Assembly: GCF_006345805.1 (NCBI RefSeq)
Contig: NC_043013.1
Location: 31,496,001 to 31,560,000, forward strand
Reading direction: 5' to 3'
Length of the DNA stretch: 64,000 nt
From: Octopus sinensis
Lineage: Eukaryota
The notes under the pieces were generated by a model that saw only the letters and a program-made list of their open reading frames with translations, was not told the origin of the DNA and did not search any database. Position 1 is the stretch's first letter. The number at the start of each line of letters is the position of its first letter. Positions 1-10,919 of this stretch are shown piece by piece. The position numbers and the translations under genes are program-made.

Positions 1-679
1 ATACAGGCGAGGAAGTGCTGAAAAGATGTTGATATTAAGTTTATTGCGAACGGCCTGGTTGGAAGCCCAAACATCATAGTTCTGCAATGAGTGTGTGAAT
101 CTGAGAAGTGGATATCTTGGATAAAATCATAATTACCTGAACACCTGTATTTTCTTTTACCCAAAGCTAGGAACACTGCGGTGACCCCTCGTATGGCAGA
201 TATGTGTTAGGGATGCATATGAAACAAGAGAACGCAGAGATCGCAAACTACAGGCAAGGCAACACCAACGCCCTCTCAACGATTAACTGTAGAGTATTTT
301 TAAAATGAAAAATAATCTCAAACCAGAATACAAAAAATGAACCCAACCGGTCTCAAAAATTAACTAACAAGACGGGGAAATAATCTAGCAATCCTGTTCG
401 GTACCGGATCGATCCCAAAATCTAATCAGTTCTTGGCAGTTACGAAGCCAGACATCGCTGAAAATTTCATTCGAATACATCCAGCGGTTCTTGGGGTGTA
501 TTGACCACGGACAAACAAACAAAGAAATAAATTGTTGACCTCAGTTCGAATTTTGTTCTAAACAAACTTAGATTTTTCTGTTAGTATCAACTTGTGCCCA
601 TCCCCTTAGCTTCCCCTTTCCTTTCTCTTTGACAGCTTAAATAGCAGTAACTGATTAAATTTCTACCTCCTTCCTCTTT

Positions 680-1135
680 CTGTGATTCTTGATAAATTCA
701 TTAACAACCTGAACCGCTACAATATAAGACTGTCATTTTGCTTCTCATTCGGATTCCCTGATATTTTTCGCATGATTGTACCCTAAATCTCTTCACAAAA
801 CTGGATTATGAACTATAAGGACATACACATATTTTGTAAGTTCAAAACTTTTTCATCGGATCTCCAAAAAATCGAACTTATCTGCGATTCTTGTAAATTT
901 CAATAACAATCTGTTCCTCTACACGATATGACAGTTACTTTCCTTTTACTCAGACTTTCCTCTACATGATATGGAAGTCACTTTGCCTCTTACTCGGATT
1001 TTCAGAAATTTTGCATGACTGTATCCGAAAATTTCTTCACACAACTTGATCAAATATTCAATATGAGCTATATGTAGACATGCATAAATTCTATAGGTTT
1101 AAAACCTTTCATCGGATCTCCATGAATCGAATTTT
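680..1135. repeat. Degenerate tandem repeat (~200-240 bp unit, about 2 copies) upstream of a hammerhead
   Basis: Recurring blocks tgtgattcttgataaattcattaacaa / tgcgattcttgtaaatttcaataacaa and ttcatcggatctcca (about 853-866 and 1108-1122). Confidence 0.5.
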
Positions 1136-1206
1136 CTTCAATGCAGCTAATCTTACAACCTCTTTTGTATCTACCCCTTTTGATGTTTGGGAATTCTCTG
1201 ATGTTT

Positions 1207-1294
1207 TTTCGGCTGACGAGTACGAGCCATCTGTATTCACTGCATTTTTTGTAGCTTATTAAAGATGTCCTCGTACGAAACGATCGTACCGAGA
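1207..1294 (+). ncRNA. Type I hammerhead ribozyme, intact core
   Basis: Stem I UUUCGG(1207-1212)/CCGAGA(1289-1294). Core CUGACGA 1213-1219. Stem II GUACGAG/CUCGUAC. GAAA 1277-1280. Palindromic stem III CGAUCG. Predicted cleavage after GUA (1288). Confidence 0.88.
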
Positions 1295-1442
1295 TTTTAA
1301 TCCATTCTTGTTGCTTTTTTTCCTATTTGTAATCACCCCACTTGTCGTATGGTTAACACCATATAGATTTCCGGTGCATCCTAGTTAAGGACCATATTCA
1401 TGTGAATTCTTTAGAATTCACTAGAATCTCAATTACTTAACC

Positions 1443-1494
<52 letters not shown>

Positions 1495-1670
1495 AAGTCA
1501 AATTGCGATAAAATAAAATTAATTATTATCGCTGGTATTTCTAGCACAAGCCATATATTATTCATATATCAGTACATTAAGGCGAAATATGTGCTAGAAA
1601 CACAGAAGCTAGATAAATTTAGTGAAATGAAGATAAAAACATTTACTAACTCGGTTATATATATATATAT

Positions 1671-1820
1671 GACGGGCTTCTTTCCGATTCCGTCAACCAA
1701 ATCCACTCACAAGGCTTTGCTCGGCCCGAGGCTATAGTAGAAGACACTTGCCCAAGGTGCCGCGCTGTGGGACTGAACCCGGAACCGTGTGGTTGGAAAA
1801 CAAGCTTCTTAACACACACC
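1671..1820 (-). mobile_element. tRNA-derived SINE family A, head only
   Basis: Reverse complement matches the head of the copies at 37981 and 57929 (ttccgggttcagtccca...ccttgggcaagtgtcttctactatagcctcggg). Confidence 0.85.
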
Positions 1821-2400
1821 GTATATATGTATGTATATAAGTATATATGTATGTATGTATGTACCAATGAATATATGTAATTCTCTTTTATCTAAATATA
1901 TATCGTAAATTTGATTATGGTTAAGATACTATAATGCAATTTAAAGAATATAAATGCTTGTCTGACAGGATTACGATGATTTGATTCTTTAGACTGAAGC
2001 CACAAAGTAACGTCTGCGAGATAAAACCCCAGTCAGTGTTATTTCCTAATAGATAAAACTTCCTTCCCCATTAGAAAGGCAGCGTGTCTTCAACGAAGTT
2101 GCGAATAACATTTGTATATTTTTATTTTTAATTTTTTTTTTTTCACTTTTGTTCTATGGTTGATTCTATTTTGCACTGTCATTATTGCGTAGAACAAAAT
2201 CTGATTGGAAATTTTGAACATTTATTATCGTGTACGTTCAATGCTGTTAATCTTGTTGTTTAGCCTACAGCTAAACAACGACCAATTTATGACCTTCCCC
2301 TTGAATTATGTTAGATCTTACATTGTCCATCCTTCATCTAAATTAGTTAACAACAGATTTGAGGTGGATTTGGCGAATATGTTATAATATTTCGATGGCA

Positions 2401-2745
2401 AAGGGCGGCGAGGTGGCAGAATCGTTAGCACGCCGGGCGAAATGCTTAGTGGTACTTCGTCTGCTGTTACGTTCTGAGTTCAAATTCCGTCAAGGAATTT
2501 GCCTTTCATCCTTTCGAGTTCGATTAAATAAGTACCAGTTACGCAATGAGGTCGATGTAATCGACAAAATCCTCTATGTTTAGCCCACCTGTGGACAATA
2601 AAAAATTAATATTTCGATGGTAAAATTAGGTGCCAATCTGACAGAGTAGTTAGAACGCGGGGCGAAATATTTGGCGGCATTTTGTCCGTCTTTACGTTCT
2701 GAGTTCAAATTCCGCCAAAGTCGATTATGCCTTTCATCCCTTTGG
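2401..2745 (+). mobile_element. tRNA-derived SINE family B, one copy plus a degenerate second head
   Basis: ggcggcgaggtggcagaatcgttagcacgccgggcgaaatgc...gagttcaaattccg (A/B-box-like). A related, decayed copy lies at about 2645-2745. Confidence 0.85.
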
Positions 2746-3066
2746 AGATATGCTTATGCATGTGTTGTGGGATCAATATCTGCAAGTCTTTACTTTAGAT
2801 ATACGACAATTTATATTTATTATATTTAAACATTTATGCAATGTGTGATGTGAGGCATTCATTATTAACTCTTACTTATACACGAAATAATTCATAATTT
2901 CTATAATAAATGAGTATACATTGTATACACTGAAAAAATTACAAAAACAATAGTAAAGGAAATATGATTATATATGTATATCTGTATGTGTATAATGTTT
3001 TTATGCATGTTTACATATATATATATATATATATATACATATACAGACACACACACACATATATAC

Positions 3067-3107
<41 letters not shown>

Positions 3108-3225
3108 CAATTTAGGAATGGCCTAGACAGGCCATTCGTCCACTAGAAGAGCAGCCATAACTCCAACCGCCAAGTAGTGTAATTCGGAAATAAGGTGAAA
3201 ATTTAAAAACATTTACCCTAATTCA

Positions 3226-3326
3226 TCTTTTATACGATGCATCGTTTCAGTGTCTTTAATGATAGACCAGCTTAATTAAATTAAATTAAGCTAGTCTACC
3301 ATAGGTCACACTTCATCAGTAAAAGA
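3226..3326 (-). ncRNA. Type I hammerhead ribozyme (array copy L1)
   Basis: On the minus strand: UCUUUUA-CUGAUGA-AGUGU...ACACU-GAAA-CGAUGCAUCG-UA|UAAAAGA. Confidence 0.92.
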
Positions 3327-3699
3327 AACCTGGGAGAGACGATATATCCGAGGCGACTGTATCAATGCCTCGGGAATATCTGTCTTAAAATTTTCAAGAC
3401 CAACGCATTCGCGCCAAACTTATCGGCAGCAAATATAAACTGCCGATTCAATCTCAGAATTAGTCAGAAAATTATCAATTAATCAATTTAGGGTAGCAAA
3501 AAATTCAGTAAAAATTTATCGCTACCAGCGGCCCAATGGAAAAGAGAAAATAGTCAAAGACTAAATATGTATAAATATAACAATTTAGGAATGGCCTAGA
3601 CAGGCCATTCGTCCACTAGAAAGAGCAGCCATAACTCCAACCGCCAAGTAGTGTAATTCGGAAATAAGGTGAAAATTTAAAAACATTTACCCTAATTCA

Positions 3700-3800
3700 T
3701 CTTTTATACGATGCATCGTTTCAGTGTCTTTAATGATAGACCAGCTTAATTAAATTAAATTAAGCTAGTCTACCATAGGTCACACTTCATCAGTAAAAGA
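3700..3800 (-). ncRNA. Type I hammerhead ribozyme (array copy L2)
   Basis: Same motif as L1; tcatcag at 3787-3793. Confidence 0.92.
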
Positions 3801-4171
3801 AACCTGGGAGAGACGGATATATCCGAGGCGACTGTATCAATGCCTCGGGAATATCTGTCTTAAAATTTTCAAGACCAACGCATTCGCGCCAAACTTATCG
3901 GCAGCAAATATAAACTGCCGATTCAATCTCAGAATTAGTCAGAAAATTATCAATTAATCAATTAGGGTAGCAAAAAATTCAGTAAAAATTTATCGCTACC
4001 AGCGGCCCAATGGAAAAGAGAAAATAGTCAAAGACTAAATATGTATAAATATAACAATTTAGGAATGGCCTAGACAGGCCATTCGTCCACTAGAAAGAGC
4101 AGCCATAACTCCAACCGCCAAGTAGTGTAATTCGGAAATAAGGTGAAAATTTAAAACATTACCCTAATTCA

Positions 4172-4270
4172 TCTTTTATACGATGCATCGTTTCAGTGTC
4201 TTTAATGATAGACCAGCTTAATTAATTAAATTAGCTAGTCTACCATAGGTCACACTTCATCAGTAAAAGA
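4172..4270 (-). ncRNA. Type I hammerhead ribozyme (array copy L3)
   Basis: Same motif; tcatcag at 4257-4263. Confidence 0.9.
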
Positions 4271-4848
4271 AAACTGGGAGAGACGGATATATCCGAGGCG
4301 ACTGTATCAATGCCTCGGGAATATCTGTCTTAAAATTTTCAAGACCAACGCATTCGCGCCAAACTTATCGGCAGCAAATATAAACTGCGATTCAATCTCA
4401 GAATTAGTCAGAAAATTATCAATTAATCATTTAGGGTAGCAAAAAATTCAGTAAAAATTTATCGCTACCAGCGGCCCAATGGAAAAGAGAAAATAGTCAA
4501 AGACTAAATATGTATAAATATAACAATTTAGGAATGGCCTAGACAGGCCATTCGTCCACTAGAAAGAGCAGCCATAACTCCAACCGCCAAGTAGTGTAAT
4601 TTATACATATTTAGTCTTTGACTATTTTCTCTTTTCCATTGGGCCGCTGGTAGCGATAAATTTTTACTGAATTTTTTGCTACCCTAAATTGATTAATTGA
4701 TAATTTTCTGACTAATTCTGAGATTGAATCGGCAGTTTATATTTGCTGCCGATAAGTTTGGCGCGAATGGTTGGTCTTGAAAATTTTAAGACAGATATTC
4801 CCGAGGCATTGATACAGTCGCCTCGGATATATCCGTCTCTCCCAGGTT

Positions 4849-4947
4849 TCTTTTACTGATGAAGTGTGACCTATGGTAGACTAGCTTAATTTAATTAATT
4901 AAGTGGTCTATCATTAAAGACACTGAAACGATGCATCGTATAAAAGA
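4849..4947 (+). ncRNA. Type I hammerhead ribozyme (array copy R1)
   Basis: Stem I TCTTTTA 4849-4855 / TAAAAGA 4941-4947. CTGATGA 4856-4862. GAAA 4925-4928. Cleavage after GTA (4940). Confidence 0.92.
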
Positions 4948-5322
4948 TGAATTAGGGTAAATGTTTTTAAATTTTCACCTTATTTCCGAATTACACTACT
5001 TGGCGGTTGGAGTTATGGCTGCTCTTTCTAGTGGACGAATGGCCTGTCTAGGCCATTCCTAAATTGTTATTATTTATACATATTTAGTCTTTGACTATTT
5101 TCTCTTTTCCATTGGGCCGCTGGTAGCGATAAATTTTTACTGAATTTTTTGCTACCCTAAATTGATTAATTGATAATTTTCTGACTAATTCTGAGATTGA
5201 ATCGGCAGTTTATATTTGCTGCCGATAAGTTTGGCGCGAATGCGTTGGTCTTGAAAATTTTAAGACAGATATTCCCGAGGCATTGATACAGTCGCCTCGG
5301 ATATATCCGTCTCTCCCAGGTT

Positions 5323-5423
5323 TCTTTTACTGATGAAGTGTGACCTATGGTAGACTAGCTTAATTTAATTTAATTAAGCTGGTCTATCATTAAAGACACT
5401 GAAACGATGCATCGTATAAAAGA
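5323..5423 (+). ncRNA. Type I hammerhead ribozyme (array copy R2)
   Basis: CTGATGA 5330-5336. GAAA 5401-5404. Cleavage after 5416. Confidence 0.92.
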
Positions 5424-5791
5424 TGAATTAGGGTAAAGTTTTTAAATTTTCACCTTATTTCCGAATTACACTACTTGGCGGTTGGAGTTATGGCTGCTCT
5501 TTCTAGTGGACGAATGGCCTGTCTAGGCCATTCCTAAATTGTTATATTATACATATTTAGTCTTTGACTATTTTCTCTTTTCCATTGGGCCGCTGGTAGC
5601 GATAAATTTTTACTGATTTTTTGCTACCCTAAATTGATTAATTGATAATTTTCTGACTAATTCTGAGATTGAATCGGCAGTTTATATTTGCTGCCGATAA
5701 GTTTGGCGCGAATGCGTTGGTCTTGAAAATTTTAGACAGATATTCCCGAGGCATTGATACAGTCGCCTCGATATATCCGTCTCTCCAGGTT

Positions 5792-5892
5792 TCTTTTACT
5801 GATGAAGTGTGACCTATGGTAGACTAGCTTAATTTAATTTAATTAAGCTGGTCTATCATTAAAGACACTGAAACGATGCATCGTATAAAAGA
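5792..5892 (+). ncRNA. Type I hammerhead ribozyme (array copy R3)
   Basis: CTGATGA 5799-5805. GAAA 5870-5873. Cleavage after 5885. Confidence 0.92.
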
Positions 5893-6108
5893 TGAATTAG
5901 GGTAAATGTTTTTAAATTTTCACCTTATTTCCGAATTACACTACTTGGCGGTTGGAGTTATGGCTGCTCTTTCTAGTGGACGAATGGCCTGTCTAGGCCA
6001 TTCCTAAATTGTTATATTTATACATATTTAGTCTTTGACTATTTTCTCTTTTCCATTGGGCCGCTGGTAGCGATAAATTTTTACTGAATTTTTTGCTACC
6101 CTAAATGA

Positions 6109-6177
<69 letters not shown>

Positions 6178-6244
6178 ATGTATGTATGTATATGTATGTA
6201 TGTATACATGCAGATAAACCTAACACACACATATGTATATATAT

Positions 6245-6760
6245 AATACACAGAAAATGTAGAATTCTTGCACAAAATGAAGAATATATTTATTATAATA
6301 GTCAATTCTTGTGCCCTACGTGGTTTATGACTTAAATATTTATGCAATTAAATTGCATTATGAATTTGACAAAGCAAAAAATCTTCATAAGGGCAATATC
6401 GGATGGAGAGCTTCGGCCAATTGAATTGTATCATGAGCGTCTTGGATTCTGTCCTGAAAATAGCAGGAGGTTGATTTTGACGTAATTGGTCGAAATTTTT
6501 AGAAAATAATTGAAGACGCACATTCTCCAATTGAATTGGAATGAACTCTCCAACGATTAAGATGTGAAAGAAATAACAGTCGATTTTTGCCCTGATGAAG
6601 GTTTTTACTTTTTATATTCATAATCTAATTCAATTCCATAAATATGGATTTAAGTGAAGAACCGAAACGCGCGTAGGCAACATGAATTGACTATTATAAT
6701 AAATATATTGATTATTCTGTGTATGCATTCCCCATTTTCTTTGTATTGTTAATTTTTTCT
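6245..6760 (+). mobile_element. PLE-like relic with a hammerhead-bearing 3' end and an inverted upstream copy of that end
   Basis: Perfect 26-bp inverted repeat 6283-6308 / 6684-6709, extending imperfectly into the HHR. 6356-6420 translates HYEFDKAKNLHKG, weakly like a PLE GIY-YIG C-terminus. Confidence 0.55.
6587..6680 (+). ncRNA. Type I hammerhead ribozyme with an extra A after A9
   Basis: Stem I UUGCC/GGCAA. CUGAUGA 6592-6598. Stem II GGUUUUUAC/GUGAAGAACC. GAAA 6664-6667. Palindromic CGCGCG. Cleavage after GUA (6675). Confidence 0.85.
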
Positions 6761-7216
6761 CCTATGTTGGAAAGATGGAAACATCTATAGCGACAACTGG
6801 ATTTCAAATGTCTAACGTAGTAAAATCGAAGAAGAACAAACGATGAACATTAGTACATATACATACGTGGAATTTCCAGTATCATTAATTGATATATAGC
6901 TGAACCTGTGCGCGCTTGGATAAATATCCCTAGGAAGTAGTAATTCCCCAAACGAGATGTGATCCACTAGCTACTCGTGGAGCCAATGTTACGTTAGTCA
7001 AATGAATTTTACATTATTGTCAAGGGATTTTTCCAGCTTATCGAACCTCGCTTCGATATTGGAAAAAAAACTTTATAACATTCTACTACGTCAATAAAAC
7101 ACTATTGTTCCTGAAATATTTTTATAGCTTCTACGGACTATTCAAAACTTACTAACTCCCAACACCTTGATCCTTGGATCTTACTATGTGTGTGTATGTG
7201 TGTGTGTGTATCTGTG

Positions 7217-7460
7217 TGGAGGCGCGTGGCTTAGTGGTAAGGATGTCAGCATCATAATTGTAAGATTGTGGCTTCGAATCCTGGACTGGGTGAAGCCTTT
7301 TCTTGAGCAAAACTCTTCATTTCACATTGCTCCAGTCCACTCAGCTGGCAAAAATGAGTAACACTGCGATGCACTGGCATCCCGCCCAGCTGGGGAGCAC
7401 ATACGCCATTCAAACCGGGAAAGCGGGCCCATGATCCTGGCTAGGCTCTAAAAAGACGTA
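7217..7460 (+). mobile_element. tRNA-headed SINE family C (V/Meta-SINE-like central domain)
   Basis: A-box gtggcttagtgg and B-box-like ggcttcgaatcc. Central cttgagcaa...cattgctccagtccactcagctg and tgcgatgcactggcatcccgcccag; related segments at 58826 and 60926. Confidence 0.7.
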
Positions 7461-7465
7461 TTTCT

Positions 7466-7674
<209 letters not shown>

Positions 7675-8511
7675 TATTGGAAGCTCAAATATGTATGCAA
7701 ACATTTAGAGTGTAGTACAAATTTTGTTCGTGATCACGTCGCAATTTCGAGCGACAAGATTTTTGACACAACATTACAAACGATAAATGATCAAGGTAAT
7801 GCTTTTTTGTGTTGTTCTGAACGGCTAACTTGTGTTTTCCACGCTACAATACCTTTAGTTTCAGCACAATTTCAGATCAAAAAAGCTTGCCATGCAATAC
7901 ATCTCGGTAATTTGTATAGATATTTGTTACTACTACTGTTGAACAAATTAGAAATCCAAATACTATTATCCCATAATGGTATACCGGTTGTCTGCTTAAT
8001 TCTATAAATAACAGTCTTAGACACTTTTATGCATTATACCTAACTCGCAGCAAGATGTAATATTAATGAAATTCTGCTTCTGGTAATTGAAAGTAATATA
8101 ATGTCTGCGTAATTCTAGATGTTCAACTCCGGCCTCTTCATCTAATTCAGAAGCTTTTACTTTCGATTGTACATTATTGTCGCTGTTGTTCGTAACGTAG
8201 CGCTAACGATTAGTATTACTAGTATCTAATATAAACGTCACCACTAATTTCACACTAACTTGTGGAGAAATATTCTTATATCATGTGGATCTGTTATATA
8301 GTTATATAAATTCCATTGAACTCAATAGATCTAACTCTACGGAAAAATACAAATTGAAATGATCCAACGTGTGGTTTCGGGACGAAATATGCTTGGTCCT
8401 CAAACCGAATTTGCTTTTCGTTGGCGAAGCACGGTCATCATCATAGAGAGAGAATGCTTTTCAAGAAAATCTTTTGTAACCAATTTCTAGGAGGAAAGTT
8501 TATAGTTAGGC

Positions 8512-8674
8512 ATAAGAGTGGCTGTGTCGTCAGTAGCTTGCTTACCAACAACATGTTGCCAACTTGGGCAAGTGTCTTCTACTATAGACTCAGGCCGACC
8601 AAAGCCTTGTGAGTCCATATGGTAGACTAAAACTGAAAGAAGCCCGTCGTATATATGCATATATATATATATAT

Positions 8675-8714
<40 letters not shown>

Positions 8715-8935
8715 GTGTGTGTGTTTTTGTGTGTCTGTGTTTCTCCCCCCAATATCGCTTGACAACCGATGCTGGTGTGTTTACGTCCCCGTAACTTAGC
8801 GGTTTGGCAAAAGATACCGATAGAATAAGTACTGGGCTTACAAAGAATAAGTCCTGGGATCGACTTGCGCGACTAAAGGTGGTATTCCAACATGACCACA
8901 GTCAAATCACTGAAACAAGTAAAAGCGTAAAAGAA
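8512..8935 (+). mobile_element. SINE family A, full length with internal (TA)/(TG) microsatellite
   Basis: Head gagtggctgtgt..gtagcttgcttaccaac; tail cgcttgacaaccgatgctggtgtgtttacgtccccgtaacttagcgg...tgaaacaagtaaaag. Confidence 0.85.
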
Positions 8936-10124
8936 GATTAGCATAAGGTAGTGTACAACCATATAAGCAATTTAGAGAAATGTCTTCTATATTTAAGAAA
9001 TATAATTTAATATTCGTGTTAAATCAGCAAATATTGGACTCTGAGTAAGTTCAACTCTAAAGCAATTATAGAAATGAATAGAAGCTTCTTTTATTCATAT
9101 GCAAAATAGAAACAGTGGAATACATCGTGCACATTACTAATATTTATATATATATATATATATTCTTTTGATTTGGGTGTCACTTAGTTGTCAGGTATTT
9201 TGAAATACAAGATGGATTTATATATATATATATATATATATTCTTTTGATTTAGGTGTCACTTACTTGTCAGATATTTTGAAATACAAGATGGATTTTTG
9301 AGTCATTTTAGAACATTTATTAATTTTAATAAAGTACGAAATTCTAATCTCCTTTAAAATAGGATCTATTTACTACCATGCATGTGTTTTATATTCTATC
9401 CACTTCTTAAAGGCATCAAAAGCACACATTAGGTCGCCAAGAAATGGTTCGAAGGTGTCCAAAATTAACAGGTCTGTCTGCAGGGTCATAGACAGATCTT
9501 ATATCCATCTCTGTCAAGGTGTAGCTTATCAAGATGGATTTGCGGACTGGTGTTCTGGTCCTTTGTGGTAAAATATCTCCCTAAACCCCCTCAAAAACTC
9601 TCGTGATACATATCACGATGAAACATTTGCTCTCGCTAAGATGGATGTGAATGAGCTTTCTGGTGGATTGTCTTGCTTGAGCCCTTGTGCCAGTTAAAAA
9701 TAGCTGTATCATTCATACAAATTACTCCCTAAGTTGCGAGAAGCATTTCCGAAGTTTATTCCACAAAATAGTAAGCCATGGCAAGCTAGGTTTAATGTGG
9801 TGTGTTTCAATGCTGTTCTAGCTGTTTCCATCAATCTGGAATTACAAAAGTTACCAAGTCAGTTTATTAGATGTATAAAAATCTGTATTTAATGTGGTAT
9901 ATATTTTAGTAAATGATAATTTTCCATTTGTTCAAGTACGTTAGAATAGTTTACGAGCTTGCTCTACTCTCTTAGAAACATTTCAACCAAAATTGTGCTT
10001 CATGACAACTAAACAATCGTAGCTCCGAACTTTTTTTCATATATATTTTACTTGAAGTATTAATATCATATAATATGATATATATACACTCACACACACA
10101 CACACAACACACACACACACACAC

Positions 10125-10168
<44 letters not shown>

Positions 10169-10619
10169 ATATGTGTGTATCGTTGTTTTTCGTCCGCCGC
10201 TATAAAGGCTTCTTCCAATGCGCCAGAGAAAAAATTTGTTGCTTGTTATCAGTCGTAAGACACTTGTTGTTTTCACCGTTAATGCTTCTGTATTTCATGT
10301 TTCTGTATTCCATTATTGTTTTTTTTTTTTTTTTTATATCTGTCCCTTTTGCTGTCCTGGTGTTCGTATGCATTCGATCCTTCTTCCAGGAAATCTACGC
10401 TTCCAGCTTAGTTTTTCTAATGCTCGTTGCTTAGTTTTTCTTGGAGGGCTGGCCGTGATCTAGTAATCTCAAGATTAATCAGCCGAAATTACTACGATGA
10501 TCCGGTTCTTGACTGAAGACTGAGGGTTCCGAGTGTCCTGTCCGTGTTTATTGTGTCGTCTTCTAAGAGTTATACGTTCTTGTCCATGTTGTATTTTTCT
10601 ACATACCTTAATATAATAA

Positions 10620-10662
<43 letters not shown>

Positions 10663-10782
10663 CATATATACACACATATACATATATATTTAATATATGC
10701 ATGTATGTATGTATGTAATGTATGTATAATGTATGTTTGTGTATATCTATAAATGATATATATATATATATATATATAGATA

Positions 10783-10853
<71 letters not shown>

Positions 10854-10919
10854 TATATCTATATATATATATATTATACATATACATACATACATATATA
10901 CATACATATATACATATAT

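Larger units (their letters stand above)
3106..4601 (-). mobile_element. Left arm of hammerhead tandem array: ~3.2 copies of a ~473-bp monomer (RNA sense = minus strand)
   Basis: Unit marker caatttaggaatggcc at 3108, 3581, 4055 and 4524. One HHR per full unit on the minus strand. Abuts the (TA)n tract at 3071-3105. Confidence 0.92.
4599..6111 (+). mobile_element. Right arm of hammerhead tandem array: ~3.2 inverted copies of the same monomer (RNA sense = plus strand)
   Basis: Reverse complement of the left-arm unit, starting at atttatacatatttag (4599). Ends in the (TA)n tract at about 6112. Confidence 0.92.

Noticed and set aside
3106-6111. CRISPR-like or satellite interpretation of the array
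   Set aside because: Units are ~473 bp and contiguous with no unique spacers. The array is short, inverted in the middle and carries one ribozyme per unit.
3106-6111. Pure sequencing fold-back artefact
   Set aside because: Not fully excluded, because copies differ mainly by indels. However, the arms are asymmetric (about 80-nt spacer, and the right arm overshoots by about 100 bp), the flanks beyond the (TA)n tracts are not mirrored, and the same geometry recurs with substitution-diverged arms at 42.5 and 54.5 kb.
8345-8420. Minus-strand GGAC/GUCC-C-GAAAC..GUU
   Set aside because: The CUGANGA core is missing.
10170-10610. (TA)n-flanked segment with CTGAAGA at 10511
   Set aside because: Probably another microsatellite-associated repeat, but I could not assemble stem II, GAAA or stem I.
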